DNA from: an uncultured Clostridia bacterium
GTDB taxonomy: Bacteria > Bacillota > Clostridia > UBA1381
Direction: 5' to 3'
Assembly (NCBI GenBank): GCA_944391225.1
Contig: CALXSS010000003.1
Coordinates: 4,715-68,714 of the forward strand
DNA: 64,000 bases
The notes beneath the pieces are model-generated. The model ran no database searches, was not told where the DNA came from, and saw nothing but the letters and a program-made list of their open reading frames with translations. The translations under genes and the position numbers were made by a program. Positions 47,329-56,974 of this stretch are shown here, piece by piece; positions within the stretch are counted from its first letter, which is position 1, and each line of letters begins with the position of its first letter.

Positions 47329-47837
47329 CTCCGAATTAATTTCTGACCCAATTCCGTAAGACGCCCCTTTATACTGCGGTCTATCTCCTCATCGGCAGTT
47401 TTTATAACAAACCCTCCGATGAGAGATTTATCGCAAGTAAGCTTGAGCTCAATACTCTTTTTACCGTACTGCTTAAGCAGCTTAGCCTTTATCGACTCAA
47501 GCTGAGCCTCGCTCGGAGCATCACAGTAGATCAGCTCTGCGCTCATTTTACCGTCAGACTCCGCTTTGATTTTCATGTAATGCTCATGTATTTCGGATAT
47601 GAGTCCCGAGCTGCCGTTATCAGTAAGCAGCTTGAGAAAATTTCTTACAGATCCCGGAAATATCCGGTCTATTATATTATGCTTTGCTGTCCTCTTTACG
47701 GACGGATCCCTCAATACCTCAGCCAGCTCCGGGCTGCTGCAGATAATATCCTTTGCTGCGCTCAGATCCTGCTCCGGTATGTTAAGGCTGAATACAGCCT
47801 TTGCGTAGTTAATTGCTCTCTGATCCATGTCCGTCAC
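47325..47837 (-). CDS. atpH: F1 ATP synthase subunit delta (OSCP)
   Basis: 170 aa at the conserved operon position, with YAKAVFSL at the N-terminus. Exact start uncertain (47837 or 47828). Confidence 0.85.
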   Translation of the reverse strand: MTDMDQRAINYAKAVFSLNIPEQDLSAAKDIICSSPELAEVLRDPSVKRTAKHNIIDRIFPGSVRNFLKLLTDNGSSGLISEIHEHYMKIKAESDGKMSAELIYCDAPSEAQLESIKAKLLKQYGKKSIELKLTCDKSLIGGFVIKTADEEIDRSIKGRLTELGQKLIRR

Positions 47838-48312
47838 CCGATTCCGTCAAAAACTTATCGTACAGCGACTTGTTGACATCTGCAAGATCGCTGCTTTCAA
47901 GTACCTTTCTGGCGGTGTCGAGCGCGATACCGGCTGCCTGCGTCTGCAGCTCCTGCACGACCTTTTCGCGCTCTTCATCCATGTTTTTGCGGGCTTTGCT
48001 CACAATGCGCTCAGCCTCGCCCTTTGCCTCGGATACAAGCTTTTCATATTCGGCTTTGGCATCCAGCTTTGCTTTCTCTATCATTTCCGCGGACTGCGTT
48101 CCCGCGCTGTCAAGCTTTTCTTTCCATTCGGCTTCTATAGCTTTTGCATTCTTTTCCGACTCCGCCGCATTCTGCAGTCCGGAGTCTATTATCTGCTGTC
48201 TTTGCTCTATTATGCCGCGGATAGGCTTTATAAGCACAAGCCGCAGAATTACGTACAGAACGATCAGGTTTATTATAATAAATAATATATCCCATGGGAT
48301 AATTTTAAGCAT
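47809..48312 (-). CDS. atpF: Fo ATP synthase subunit b
   Basis: Single N-terminal TM segment followed by a long charged helix. Conserved operon position. Confidence 0.9.
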   Translation of the reverse strand: MLKIIPWDILFIIINLIVLYVILRLVLIKPIRGIIEQRQQIIDSGLQNAAESEKNAKAIEAEWKEKLDSAGTQSAEMIEKAKLDAKAEYEKLVSEAKGEAERIVSKARKNMDEEREKVVQELQTQAAGIALDTARKVLESSDLADVNKSLYDKFLTESGDGHGSESN

Positions 48313-48374
48313 ACCGGCTCGTCCCTCCTCCCGGATTATTTGATGTATACGCGTATTCCGCGAATAAGTCTATA

Positions 48375-48602
48375 TTATTTCAACAAAATTATAAGCAGAG
48401 CTATAACAAATCCATAAATCGCCGTTGCTTCTGCAAGCGCACAGCCAAGCAAAAGGTTCTTTGTGACCTTTGAATCAGCCTCAGGCTGTCTTGCAAGAGT
48501 ATCCATCGCGCTTGCTACAGCTCTTCCTATAGCAAGACCTGCTCCCATACAAGGTAATGCAACAGCTATTGCTGCCGCCAAAATTGTCAATAATGATTCC
48601 AT
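48375..48602 (-). CDS. atpE: Fo ATP synthase subunit c
   Basis: Start moved to MESLLTILAAAIAV (RBS AAGGAG). Hairpin proteolipid with the conserved acidic residue in LLGCALAEATAIYGF. Confidence 0.9.
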   Translation of the reverse strand: MESLLTILAAAIAVALPCMGAGLAIGRAVASAMDTLARQPEADSKVTKNLLLGCALAEATAIYGFVIALLIILLK

Positions 48603-48658
48603 GATTAATACACTCCTTGCTTTAATATTCGGTTGATACAACCGTCCTTTTGATTAAT

Positions 48659-49342
48659 TTATTCCACAGCTTCCTGTATATACAGGGCTGTCAGAAACGT
48701 AAATACATATGCCTGTATACATCCGTCAAACAGATCGAAATACAGACTGAGTACAGGCGGCGCAAACACAGGCACCACGCATTCTATGAGCTTCATTATT
48801 ACGAATGCTCCCAGAACATTACCAAAAAGTCGCATACACAATGAAAGCGGCTTTATTCCCAGCTCCAGGATATTGATAGGCAATACTACAGGCGTTGGCT
48901 TTGCAAATGATTTCAACCATCCGCTCGGTCGGTTTGCTTTTATACCAGCCATCTGCACTATCACTATTGAGAATACGGCGAGAACTCCTGTGAACGATAC
49001 ATCCTTTGTTGGCGGCTTCACTCCGAATACGCCAAACAGATCAGATATTATCAGAAAACACATCAGAATGATGAGGTACGGTACATATGCCGCTCCCCTT
49101 TCTCCGACTATCCCCTTGAAAAAGTTCTCAAGCATTGTATAAGCCGACTCAACTATCAGCTGGCGCTTTGAACAATCTTTGATCTTAAAATTTCTTGTGA
49201 TCAAAAATCCTCCTATTATCATGATAGCCATGATTATCCACATGACCACGACGGTTTCCGTTACAGGAATACCGCCGAAAACCGGAATTGTGAATACGGT
49301 CTCAATCTCCAGCTCCTTAGCTATCTCTGCACCGATGTCCAC
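48659..49342 (-). CDS. atpB: Fo ATP synthase subunit a
   Basis: GTG start after GGGGAG. Essential Arg region LSLCMRLFGNVLGA. Confidence 0.92.
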   Translation of the reverse strand: MDIGAEIAKELEIETVFTIPVFGGIPVTETVVVMWIIMAIMIIGGFLITRNFKIKDCSKRQLIVESAYTMLENFFKGIVGERGAAYVPYLIILMCFLIISDLFGVFGVKPPTKDVSFTGVLAVFSIVIVQMAGIKANRPSGWLKSFAKPTPVVLPINILELGIKPLSLCMRLFGNVLGAFVIMKLIECVVPVFAPPVLSLYFDLFDGCIQAYVFTFLTALYIQEAVE

Positions 49343-49442
49343 TTCACATCTCCCCTTTGCGTCCGGATCTGCGAATGAATCCGCAGTTTCCGCATATTCA
49401 AAATAATTCCATTAGCGAATAATTACTTATTCTTTGAGTGTA

Positions 49443-49472
49443 ATTATACACCACAACAAAACAGATAGTCAA
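49443..49472 (-). promoter_or_regulatory. Promoter for the atp operon (TTGACT-18-TATAAT)
   Basis: Minus strand reads aTTGACTatctgttttgttgtggtgTATAATtac, about 100 nt upstream of atpB. No atpI gene lies in between. Confidence 0.55.
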
Positions 49473-49556
49473 TAGTCATAAAGTTGAAAATACATCAACT
49501 TCACTCTTTTTTATGAGCGCATTGCACAAAAATGTATATTATTTCACATTTATACA

Positions 49557-50264
49557 TTATTTTTTTGCATTTTTAAACAAAAGCTCCACTTCACTTCGCT
49601 CCAAACGGCAAATTTCTCCCGGTTTCAGCTCCTCTTTAAGCTCCAGTGCGCCTATTGAAACACGTTTTAAATATACAACCGTTTTACCTACTCGCTCGAA
49701 CATACGCTTCACCTGATGAAATTTGCCCTCAGCTATTTCCACATATGATTCATGCGGATCCTCACAGATCTCAAGCCGCGCCGGCTTTGCCGTAAACTCC
49801 TTAAAGCTCATACCCTCCGCAAATCTCTTTATATCATCCTGTTCCACTTTTTTATCGGTTCTTACAAAATACCGCTTATATACGTGCTTTTTCGGTGACG
49901 TGACCTCATGGTCAAGCGCACCGTCATTAGTAAGGATAAGCAGTCCCTCCGTGTCAATATCAAGTCTGCCGACAGGAAAAACATTGTAATGAGCGTACTC
50001 CTCCGGCACGAGCTCAGTCACGACAGGATAATGCCTGTCCTCTGTTGCGCTTATATATCCCTGCGGCTTATTGAGCATTAAATACACATATTTTATATAC
50101 TCTATCCGTTTGCCGCAAACGCACACCTCGTCATTCTCTGTAACCTGCTCCTCCGGTCTCGAAGCAGTAACGCCGTTAACTGATACCTCTTTTTTGCGTA
50201 TAAGAGTTTTTATTTCTTTTCTTGAATACGGCGTAGTCTCTGATATATATTTATCCAATCGCAT
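49557..50264 (-). CDS. RsuA/RluB-family pseudouridine synthase with N-terminal S4 domain
   Basis: MRLDKYISETTPYSRKEIKTLIRKKEVSVNG (S4), GRLDIDTEGLLILTNDG (catalytic Asp) and KFHQVKRMF. ATG 50264 is preferred on RBS spacing. Confidence 0.88.
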   Translation of the reverse strand: MRLDKYISETTPYSRKEIKTLIRKKEVSVNGVTASRPEEQVTENDEVCVCGKRIEYIKYVYLMLNKPQGYISATEDRHYPVVTELVPEEYAHYNVFPVGRLDIDTEGLLILTNDGALDHEVTSPKKHVYKRYFVRTDKKVEQDDIKRFAEGMSFKEFTAKPARLEICEDPHESYVEIAEGKFHQVKRMFERVGKTVVYLKRVSIGALELKEELKPGEICRLERSEVELLFKNAKK

Positions 50265-50333
50265 TTTGCCAAGCACTCTCCCATTTATTTTTAGCTCTAT
50301 ATGTCCGTGAATATTTATGCAAATTTTGTTTAA

Positions 50334-51692
50334 TTACTTTCCAACGCAGAAATTATGGAAAATATCGTTAACTACCGACTCTGATACAGTCTCTCCCGTT
50401 ATCTCGCCAAGGCTGTCCATGGCAGCAGAAATATCTATTGATACTATATCTGACGGCATTCCATTTGAAAGCGCCTCTGCAGCATTATCAAGCGCTGAAC
50501 GCGCACCGATCAGAGCTGCCTTATGGCGCATGCTTGTGATAACGGCTCCATTTTCCGCTTTTATTTCATCTAATTTACACATTCTCTCTATAACACGCGC
50601 CAGCTCGTCCATGCCCTCGCCGGTTTTAGCGCTGACCTCTATATACTTACATTCCAGCTCCGAGAAATCTGCGTTTTCCGATATATCACTCTTATTGAGC
50701 AGAACTATCCTGTTCTTTCCTTCGGATGCCGCAAGCACTTCTCTGTCCTCATCATCTATCCCGCGCGCCGCATCAAGCACCACCAGCACAAGATCTGCCG
50801 CCTCGAGATAACGTTTTGATCTCTCCACGCCTATTTTTTCGACCGTATCTTCTGTTTCACGTATACCCGCCGTATCAGATAAAATTAGCGGTATTCCGTT
50901 TATGCTTACACTCTCCTCAATAACATCGCGTGTTGTTCCGGCAATATCTGTAACTATTGCGCGTTCCTCACGAGCCAGAAAGTTCAGTACGGACGATTTT
51001 CCCACATTTGGTTTACCCACTATAGCAGTGCGTATTCCCTCACTTATTATTCTGCCGCTTTCTGATGTTTCTATAAGCTGCCCCACTCTATCAGCGCAGC
51101 GCGCACAGACCTCGATTATATCATCTGTAGTTACATCCTCAAGCTCCTCGTCAGGATAGTCGATTATCACCTGCATCTGTGCTGACAAATGCACCAGCTC
51201 ATTGCGTATATCCTTTATATCCCGCGAAAGACTGCCTCCCAGCTGAGCTACCGCATTGCGCCTTGAAAGCTCATTTTTTGAATTGATAATATCTATTACC
51301 GCCTCCGCCTGTGCCAGGTCTATTCTGCCGTTCATAAAAGCGCGCTTTGTAAACTCGCCCGGCTCCGCAGGATGCGCTCCCGCATCTATCACCGCGGCAA
51401 GAACTGCGCGCGTTGACACACTGCCGCCATGCGCTCCGATTTCGACCACATCCTCGCGCGTGAAGGTACGGGGCGCGCGCATAACAGTAACGAGCACCTC
51501 GTCTATTCTCTCTCCGGAGGCGTTAACTATATATCCGTAATGGACCGTGTGTGTAGGCACTGCTGCAAGCTCCGCTCCGCTGAATACCTTATTCACTATC
51601 TCTACAGCTTTATCGCCGCTTACCCTTATGACCGATATACCGCCTGTGCCGACCGGAGTAGACACAGCGGCTATGGTTCTTGATTCATTCAT
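50334..51692 (-). CDS. mnmE: tRNA modification GTPase MnmE (TrmE)
   Basis: Start moved to MNESRTIAAVSTPVGTGGISVIRVSG (ATG 51692, RBS GAGAGGGA). G-domain GKPNVGKSS, DTAGIR and NKSD, with C-terminal CVGK. The track's 96-codon extension reads through repeat copy B. Confidence 0.93.
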   Translation of the reverse strand: MNESRTIAAVSTPVGTGGISVIRVSGDKAVEIVNKVFSGAELAAVPTHTVHYGYIVNASGERIDEVLVTVMRAPRTFTREDVVEIGAHGGSVSTRAVLAAVIDAGAHPAEPGEFTKRAFMNGRIDLAQAEAVIDIINSKNELSRRNAVAQLGGSLSRDIKDIRNELVHLSAQMQVIIDYPDEELEDVTTDDIIEVCARCADRVGQLIETSESGRIISEGIRTAIVGKPNVGKSSVLNFLAREERAIVTDIAGTTRDVIEESVSINGIPLILSDTAGIRETEDTVEKIGVERSKRYLEAADLVLVVLDAARGIDDEDREVLAASEGKNRIVLLNKSDISENADFSELECKYIEVSAKTGEGMDELARVIERMCKLDEIKAENGAVITSMRHKAALIGARSALDNAAEALSNGMPSDIVSIDISAAMDSLGEITGETVSESVVNDIFHNFCVGK

Positions 51693-51720
51693 TATATAAT
51701 CCCTCTCATTTTTAAAATAA

Positions 51721-51997
51721 GAGGCTGTTGCAAAACTCAACGAGTTTGCAACAGCCTCGCGGGGCTTTAGAAAAATAGTGCAGAACGGACGAAACAAAGG
51801 GGCGCAGCCCCCTTGCCCGAAGGCGTACGGGGGTACGTCGAGTGGTGAGTTTCGTTCGTAACATAAAGCGATTTTAATGCTGAAATTTTCATTTATGAAA
51901 ATTTCCACCTTAAACTTGATAGCAGTGAATCCATAAAAATGGCTTACCTGCCTTGTTCTTTTCGCTTTATGTGGTCTGTGCATTTTGCTACAGCCCC
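51721..51997 (-). repeat. Modular structured repeat, longest copy B, between the PHP gene and mnmE
   Basis: Colinear with copy A over about 230 nt. It adds an extra 5' module (minus-strand sense) containing ACATAAAGCGA, which is complementary to the internal TCGCTTTATGT. It is bounded by the half-arm GGGGCTGTAGCAAAA. Confidence 0.8.
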
Positions 51998-52008
51998 TTC
52001 ATTGTAAT

Positions 52009-52851
52009 TTATCTTATACGTTCTTTTATCTTTTCAAGCAGCTCATACGGAACATACCCTCCATTGACTCTGCCCATCTCGACATCAGGCTTGTTTCCGC
52101 CATGATAATCGCTGCCTCCGCTCATCAGAAGTCCTGTTTCCCTTGCTATGCGCATACACATTTGTGTCTGCTCGTCAGTATATCTGCTGTAATAGCATTC
52201 CATAGCATCTAAACCGGCAGCTTTCAGATGTAAAGCTATATCCTTAAGCTCCTCCTCACTGTCTGCCGTATATACAGGATGCGCCCATATAGCCGCTCCT
52301 CCGCAGCGTTTAATAAAACGCACGCTTTCTTCAGGCGTAAGCGCAAATCGGCTCACATAGCATGGACGCCCTTTCGCGATCAGCCTGTCAAATGCGTCAT
52401 CGCGATCCTTTGCATAGCCTTTCCTTACAAGAGCATTAGCCATATGGACTCTGCCCACACTCTGCATATCCGCGCCTGTCTGAGCATCTACAATATCCTC
52501 CTCGGTTATTATATACCCGTTTTTGCACAGCTTTTCAAGCATCTGCTCATTTCGTACCTTTCTTCCGTCACGCAGCTTTGAGATCACCTCATCAAACTCC
52601 TCGCCCCGCGCATAAAGTCCGACTATATGCAGCTCCCGCTTGTACTTTGTGCCTATCTCAACTCCGCTTATCCCCTCGATACCAAGTCTTTCACATTCGG
52701 CGCAAAACTCCGCTGTTCCGTCTATTGTATCATGATCTGTCAGCGCGACAGCTTTCAGCCCCGCCTCATATGCTATGCGAGCAACCTCTGTCGGTGTATT
52801 TGTACCGTCTGATCTTGTGGAATGCGTGTGCAGATCTATTTTATCTGTCAT
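52009..52851 (-). CDS. PHP-domain phosphoesterase
   Basis: [12 protein letters not shown] and ALTDHDT; the histidinol-phosphatase-like PHP motifs. Confidence 0.85.
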   Translation of the reverse strand: MTDKIDLHTHSTRSDGTNTPTEVARIAYEAGLKAVALTDHDTIDGTAEFCAECERLGIEGISGVEIGTKYKRELHIVGLYARGEEFDEVISKLRDGRKVRNEQMLEKLCKNGYIITEEDIVDAQTGADMQSVGRVHMANALVRKGYAKDRDDAFDRLIAKGRPCYVSRFALTPEESVRFIKRCGGAAIWAHPVYTADSEEELKDIALHLKAAGLDAMECYYSRYTDEQTQMCMRIARETGLLMSGGSDYHGGNKPDVEMGRVNGGYVPYELLEKIKERIR

Positions 52852-53296
52852 TTATCAATCCCTTCAATTCCTCCATAAACGTATCTACATCATTGAACTG
52901 CTTATACACTGATGCAAATCTTACATAAGCCACTTCATCCAAAGCCCTAAGCTTCTTCATTACCAGCTCACCGATACGCGTCGACTTTATCTCGCGCTCC
53001 ATAGACTGGCTAAGCTCACTCTCAATATCATCAGCTATCCGCTCCATCTGCGCAAGAGATATAGGTCTCTTTTCGCACGCAGTCATTATTCCCTTAAGCA
53101 CCTTGTTCCTGTTGAACGGCTGACGCGAATCATCCTTCTTCACCACCACAAGAGCAATAGATTCTAACTTTTCATATGTTGTGAAGCGTTTTCCGCATTT
53201 TAAGCATTCGCGCCTGCGGCGTATAGAATTATTCTCCTCCGTCGGTCTTGAGTCAATAACCTTGCTCTCAATAAATGAACAGTACGGACATCTCAT
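52841..53296 (-). CDS. nrdR: Transcriptional repressor NrdR
   Basis: Start moved to [42 protein letters not shown] (zinc ribbon), followed by an ATP-cone. Confidence 0.93.
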   Translation of the reverse strand: MRCPYCSFIESKVIDSRPTEENNSIRRRRECLKCGKRFTTYEKLESIALVVVKKDDSRQPFNRNKVLKGIMTACEKRPISLAQMERIADDIESELSQSMEREIKSTRIGELVMKKLRALDEVAYVRFASVYKQFNDVDTFMEELKGLINDR

Positions 53297-53388
53297 GTTT
53301 ATAACCTTTCCTTTCCGTTTGTATGTGATACGTTCCAAATTATCCCGGTGCATGAACCAAATTTCGCTATTATTATAACATACAGCTA

Positions 53389-53649
53389 TCAGTTTTTCAA
53401 GCATTTTTCACCAAAATCAAAGGTTTTTACCAAAACAAATTCTCTGCCGACCGCTTCTATAGCGCTCCATGGTATTGTGATCTCTCCAAACCCAAAAAAG
53501 CCTGAAAAAAAACCATATCTTCGCTTCACTATTATTGATGAAATGTTTCCCGTTGCCTCGTCTATTTCCACATCGCTCACGCTGCCTATCCGCTCCGCCG
53601 TATCAATATCAATGACTGTTCTCTGTCTCAAATTATATCCGCGAAACAC
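53389..53649 (-). CDS. YlmC/YmxH-family sporulation protein (PRC-barrel)
   Basis: 86 aa, GTG start after GGGAGGTG. The pattern [30 protein letters not shown] matches the family. Confidence 0.8.
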   Translation of the reverse strand: MFRGYNLRQRTVIDIDTAERIGSVSDVEIDEATGNISSIIVKRRYGFFSGFFGFGEITIPWSAIEAVGREFVLVKTFDFGEKCLKN

Positions 53650-53715
53650 AAAAACACACCTCCCGCAAAGCCTGAATACATGACTTCTCTAATTTATATG
53701 AGGTGTGTGTTTATT

Positions 53716-54351
53716 TTATTTCCCTTTACGAGCACGTTTCTTGCTCGCGCTGCCAAGATCGTATATCCTTACCTGCATTACCATACCGAATATAGCTATT
53801 ACCAACGCGAGAAACCACATTTTCCAATCGGCAAAATACTTTCCGAACAGCGCAAGGATGCTTATAGACGCTATCATCCCTCCCGCCGCCGCTGTTATTA
53901 CCGAAATTATATATTTTGACTGTATCGCCGCCAATATTCCCATAATTATGGCTGCCACAAGATCGGCAAGCAGCAGAGTATTCTCCGTTATTCTTGTGCT
54001 GTCTATGTACAGCTCCGATGTAACAGTAAACGCTATAAAGAACCCTAATGCTCCTATACCTATAAAATAACCGATGCTTTTGACAAATTTAACGAGCAGG
54101 AGCAATATAGCTCCTCCTGCAAAGGCTGTTATAAGCATTATGATAAAGCTGTCAAATATCAGCAGCCCTGCCGCAGCCCCAAAAAGAATGCCAAGGCATA
54201 GTCCGCAGAAACCCACAAGCCATACCATTATCTGTCTGCCCCTAAGCGCTATAAGTACTCCCATTACTGCCATTACGAGAAAAATTATGCCAACTATTAT
54301 ATTTCCTCCCGATCCAAAACGGGAGGTGAAAAAATCGACTATGTGACTCAT
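53716..54351 (-). CDS. Polytopic membrane protein, unknown function
   Basis: 211 aa, about 6 TM segments, RBS AAGGAGG. Confidence 0.6.
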   Translation of the reverse strand: MSHIVDFFTSRFGSGGNIIVGIIFLVMAVMGVLIALRGRQIMVWLVGFCGLCLGILFGAAAGLLIFDSFIIMLITAFAGGAILLLLVKFVKSIGYFIGIGALGFFIAFTVTSELYIDSTRITENTLLLADLVAAIIMGILAAIQSKYIISVITAAAGGMIASISILALFGKYFADWKMWFLALVIAIFGMVMQVRIYDLGSASKKRARKGK

Positions 54352-54363
54352 AACATACCTCCT

Positions 54364-54421
54364 TAAAGCGATTCTAAAGCCCCAAGGCAGTTGCGAACTC
54401 GTTGAGTTTTACAACAGCCCC
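54364..54421 (+). repeat. Minimal inverted copy E of the repeat family (hairpin + S1 module + short junction)
   Basis: Minus-strand reading: ggggctgttgtaaaactcaacgagttcgcaactgccttggggctttagaa joined to tcgcttta, then the RBS of the membrane-protein gene. Confidence 0.6.
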
Positions 54422-54483
54422 AGCCTCTTAACAACCGCTCTCTACTGGAAGTATTTTATCACAAAATCAACTGTAAGTCAATA

Positions 54484-56712
54484 TCACTGCCGCGCGCTCT
54501 CTGCCGCAGCATCAGGCTGCATTCCGCGTCCGCCGCGCTGACCGCCCATTCCGCCAAAGCCTCCGCTCATTCTGCTGCCTATTGTTGTAAGCGAGCTTTC
54601 AATAACCGCATTGCCCTGCTCCTCGTCTCCGGCATAAACATAGTATGTTTGACCAGTCTCCAGTTCGCCTGATGAGAACATAAGATGACCTGTCTGCTTT
54701 GAAACCGTATAGCTCATTATCTCATTGCCGCTCTCATCCTTTACTGTAATCTCTGTTCCAGCCGGAATATTGCTCTGCATATATGCAGATATTGCATTCT
54801 GCTGTGACGTTTCAGACGGAGTTTCAACCATACCTGATGAGCCTACTCCTATCAGCACACCGCCGTTGATCTCAAACAGTCCGTCATGATCGAGCGCGGA
54901 ATCTCCCGACATTGACGGTCCGTCTATAACAATATTCCCTCCGCTGATAACTATTGATCCGTTTGAATCTATTCCGTCACCCTCGGCATTTATATATATA
55001 TCTCCTCCGTTTATCGCTATGTGATGTTCAGTGCTTATTTCCGTGCTTCCCGGTCTGCCGCCACCAGCTCCACCGCGGTCAGGCTGCATTCCGCGTCCGT
55101 TCCCCTGCTCTGTTCCCTGTTCTCCTGCCAACGCTGTTCCGTCCATGCCGCCCGTCTGCCCTTCCGCGCCGTCAGGCATTGTTCCGTCCATATTGCCGGG
55201 CTGCATTCTGCCGCCGCCCATTCCGCCGCCCATTGGTCCCTGTCCGGTTCCTCCGGCGTTAAATCCATCATCTGTCGCTATTATATCTATATCACCTCCA
55301 TTAATTGTAAGTATGCGCTTTGACTCTATGCCCTCGCTTGACTTTGTGATATTGATAACACCATCGTCGATATTGACATCCTCCATACCCTTTATTCCTT
55401 TCTTGCTCTCGGAATAAAGCTCCAGCTCTCCGCCGGTGATATTCAGCTCAGAATCACATTTTATACACGTATCATTAGAGCTGACAGCTATATTTCCGCC
55501 TGAAATATCCATCATCCAGCCGGCTTTCAACCCCTTTGACGATATATCTTCACTATCCTCCTCATCATTTACATATGCCGCGCTCTGCTGCTGTGATCCG
55601 TCCATTCCTCTGCCGCCAAACTCATACTCGGCAGTTACCGTTACCTCTCCGTTACATTTTATATTTATTTTTCCTCCGGTTATATCAAGTATTTCCTCCG
55701 CCTGTATACCGTCAGCCTCGCTCACTATATTTATCTCTCCGCCCGATATTTCCGCCGTATCGTTTACACGGATGCCATCGCCTGCTGATGCTATGTTTAT
55801 TATACCGTTTTCTATTTCAAGACTGTCCTTCGCAGAAATGCCGTGATGTACGTTTCCGTTTATATTTAAGATCCCTCCACCCTTGATCTCAATATTGTCC
55901 TCAGAATACAGGCACGCGTTGACCTCCAGTTCCTCTGTATACTCTCCGCCGTCTGTCAAAGTATTCTCCGTGCCATCCTCGATCGTTATATAGAACTTAT
56001 CTGCACTCTTTACATATATCGGCGCTCCGCTGCTGTTCGTAAGGCTCATACCGTTAAGCCTGAGTTTGACCTTTTCATCTGTGTTAACAACTATCTGACC
56101 ATCTTCGCTGCTGCCCTCAACAGTAAAATCTCCTCCCGATGTTATGATTATCACATTACCATCGACCGATATGCCATTTCCCGTCACACTCATGCTGTCC
56201 AGTTCAATAGTGCCCGTGTTGTTCTTCCATTCGTCACTGCTCTCGTCTGCAGGCTCTGTAAGCGTTACTGTCTGTGTCTCACCGTCCCATTCCACCTCAA
56301 GACCGAACAGCTCTCCCAGTGCGCGCAGCGGTATCATTGTACTGTCGTTCACAAGCTGAGGCGCCTGCTCCGCCGTTACACTTTCTCTCACCTCGCCGTT
56401 CTTGCTTTCCGTTATCTCTGTGCTGCCAAGAGTAAGATTATATGTCTTAGACTTCTTCTTCGCCTCTACTGACTGCGTCTCGCCATCCCATTTCACTTTA
56501 GCTCCAAGAGCCTCAAATACCGCACGCATAGGTACCAATATTGTTCCGTCTATATTCACAGGCGCGGTATCAAATTCTATTTCCTGCCCCTCATAAATTA
56601 TTTTAGCGTCAGGCATAGATGTAACATCTGCCGATGTTTCAGACGCCTGCGTACACGCCGTTACTGCAACAAGTGATGCCGCTATTATAAGACTGATAGC
56701 TCTTTTTTTCAT
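54484..56712 (-). CDS. Lipoprotein with copper-amine-oxidase-N-like domains and a Cthe_2159-like beta-helix carbohydrate-binding region
   Basis: Start moved to MKKRAISLIIAASLVAVTAC (lipobox). Also IEFDTAPVNIDGTILVPMRAVFEALGAKVKWDGETQ, repeated ITGG.I.I / DGI motifs, and Gly/Met-rich segments. Confidence 0.7.
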   Translation of the reverse strand: MKKRAISLIIAASLVAVTACTQASETSADVTSMPDAKIIYEGQEIEFDTAPVNIDGTILVPMRAVFEALGAKVKWDGETQSVEAKKKSKTYNLTLGSTEITESKNGEVRESVTAEQAPQLVNDSTMIPLRALGELFGLEVEWDGETQTVTLTEPADESSDEWKNNTGTIELDSMSVTGNGISVDGNVIIITSGGDFTVEGSSEDGQIVVNTDEKVKLRLNGMSLTNSSGAPIYVKSADKFYITIEDGTENTLTDGGEYTEELEVNACLYSEDNIEIKGGGILNINGNVHHGISAKDSLEIENGIINIASAGDGIRVNDTAEISGGEINIVSEADGIQAEEILDITGGKINIKCNGEVTVTAEYEFGGRGMDGSQQQSAAYVNDEEDSEDISSKGLKAGWMMDISGGNIAVSSNDTCIKCDSELNITGGELELYSESKKGIKGMEDVNIDDGVINITKSSEGIESKRILTINGGDIDIIATDDGFNAGGTGQGPMGGGMGGGRMQPGNMDGTMPDGAEGQTGGMDGTALAGEQGTEQGNGRGMQPDRGGAGGGRPGSTEISTEHHIAINGGDIYINAEGDGIDSNGSIVISGGNIVIDGPSMSGDSALDHDGLFEINGGVLIGVGSSGMVETPSETSQQNAISAYMQSNIPAGTEITVKDESGNEIMSYTVSKQTGHLMFSSGELETGQTYYVYAGDEEQGNAVIESSLTTIGSRMSGGFGGMGGQRGGRGMQPDAAAESARQ

Positions 56713-56873
56713 ATTCTGCTCCATTCCGCCGCCGTATGCGGCTGTATATTATATGCTGAAAGTTTTTACCTTTCTCTTAGGATACCTATACTATACACCA
56801 CTATTCTTAAAATAAACTTAAAAAAATGAGCCATGAAAAAGTTTTAATTATTTGTTCACAAAATAAAAAAACA

Positions 56874-56965
56874 GAGGCTGTTGCTAAACTCAACGAGTTT
56901 GCATCAGCCTCGTGGGGCTTTAGAAAAATAGTGCAGAACGGACGAAACGAAGGGGCGCAGCCCCC
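56874..56965 (-). repeat. Modular structured repeat, short copy D, serving as the nfnAB terminator
   Basis: gaggctgttgctaaactcaacgagtttgcatcagcc...atagtgcagaacggacgaaacgaaggggcgcagccccc. It ends 10 nt from the nfnB stop codon. Confidence 0.75.
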
Positions 56966-56974
56966 TCATCTCAA

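Noticed and set aside
51693-51983. ORF-track N-terminal extension of mnmE (96 extra codons)
   Set aside because: The extension is read through repeat copy B, which is non-coding elsewhere. The conserved MnmE N-terminus MNESRTIAAVSTP starts at ATG 51692, which has its own RBS.
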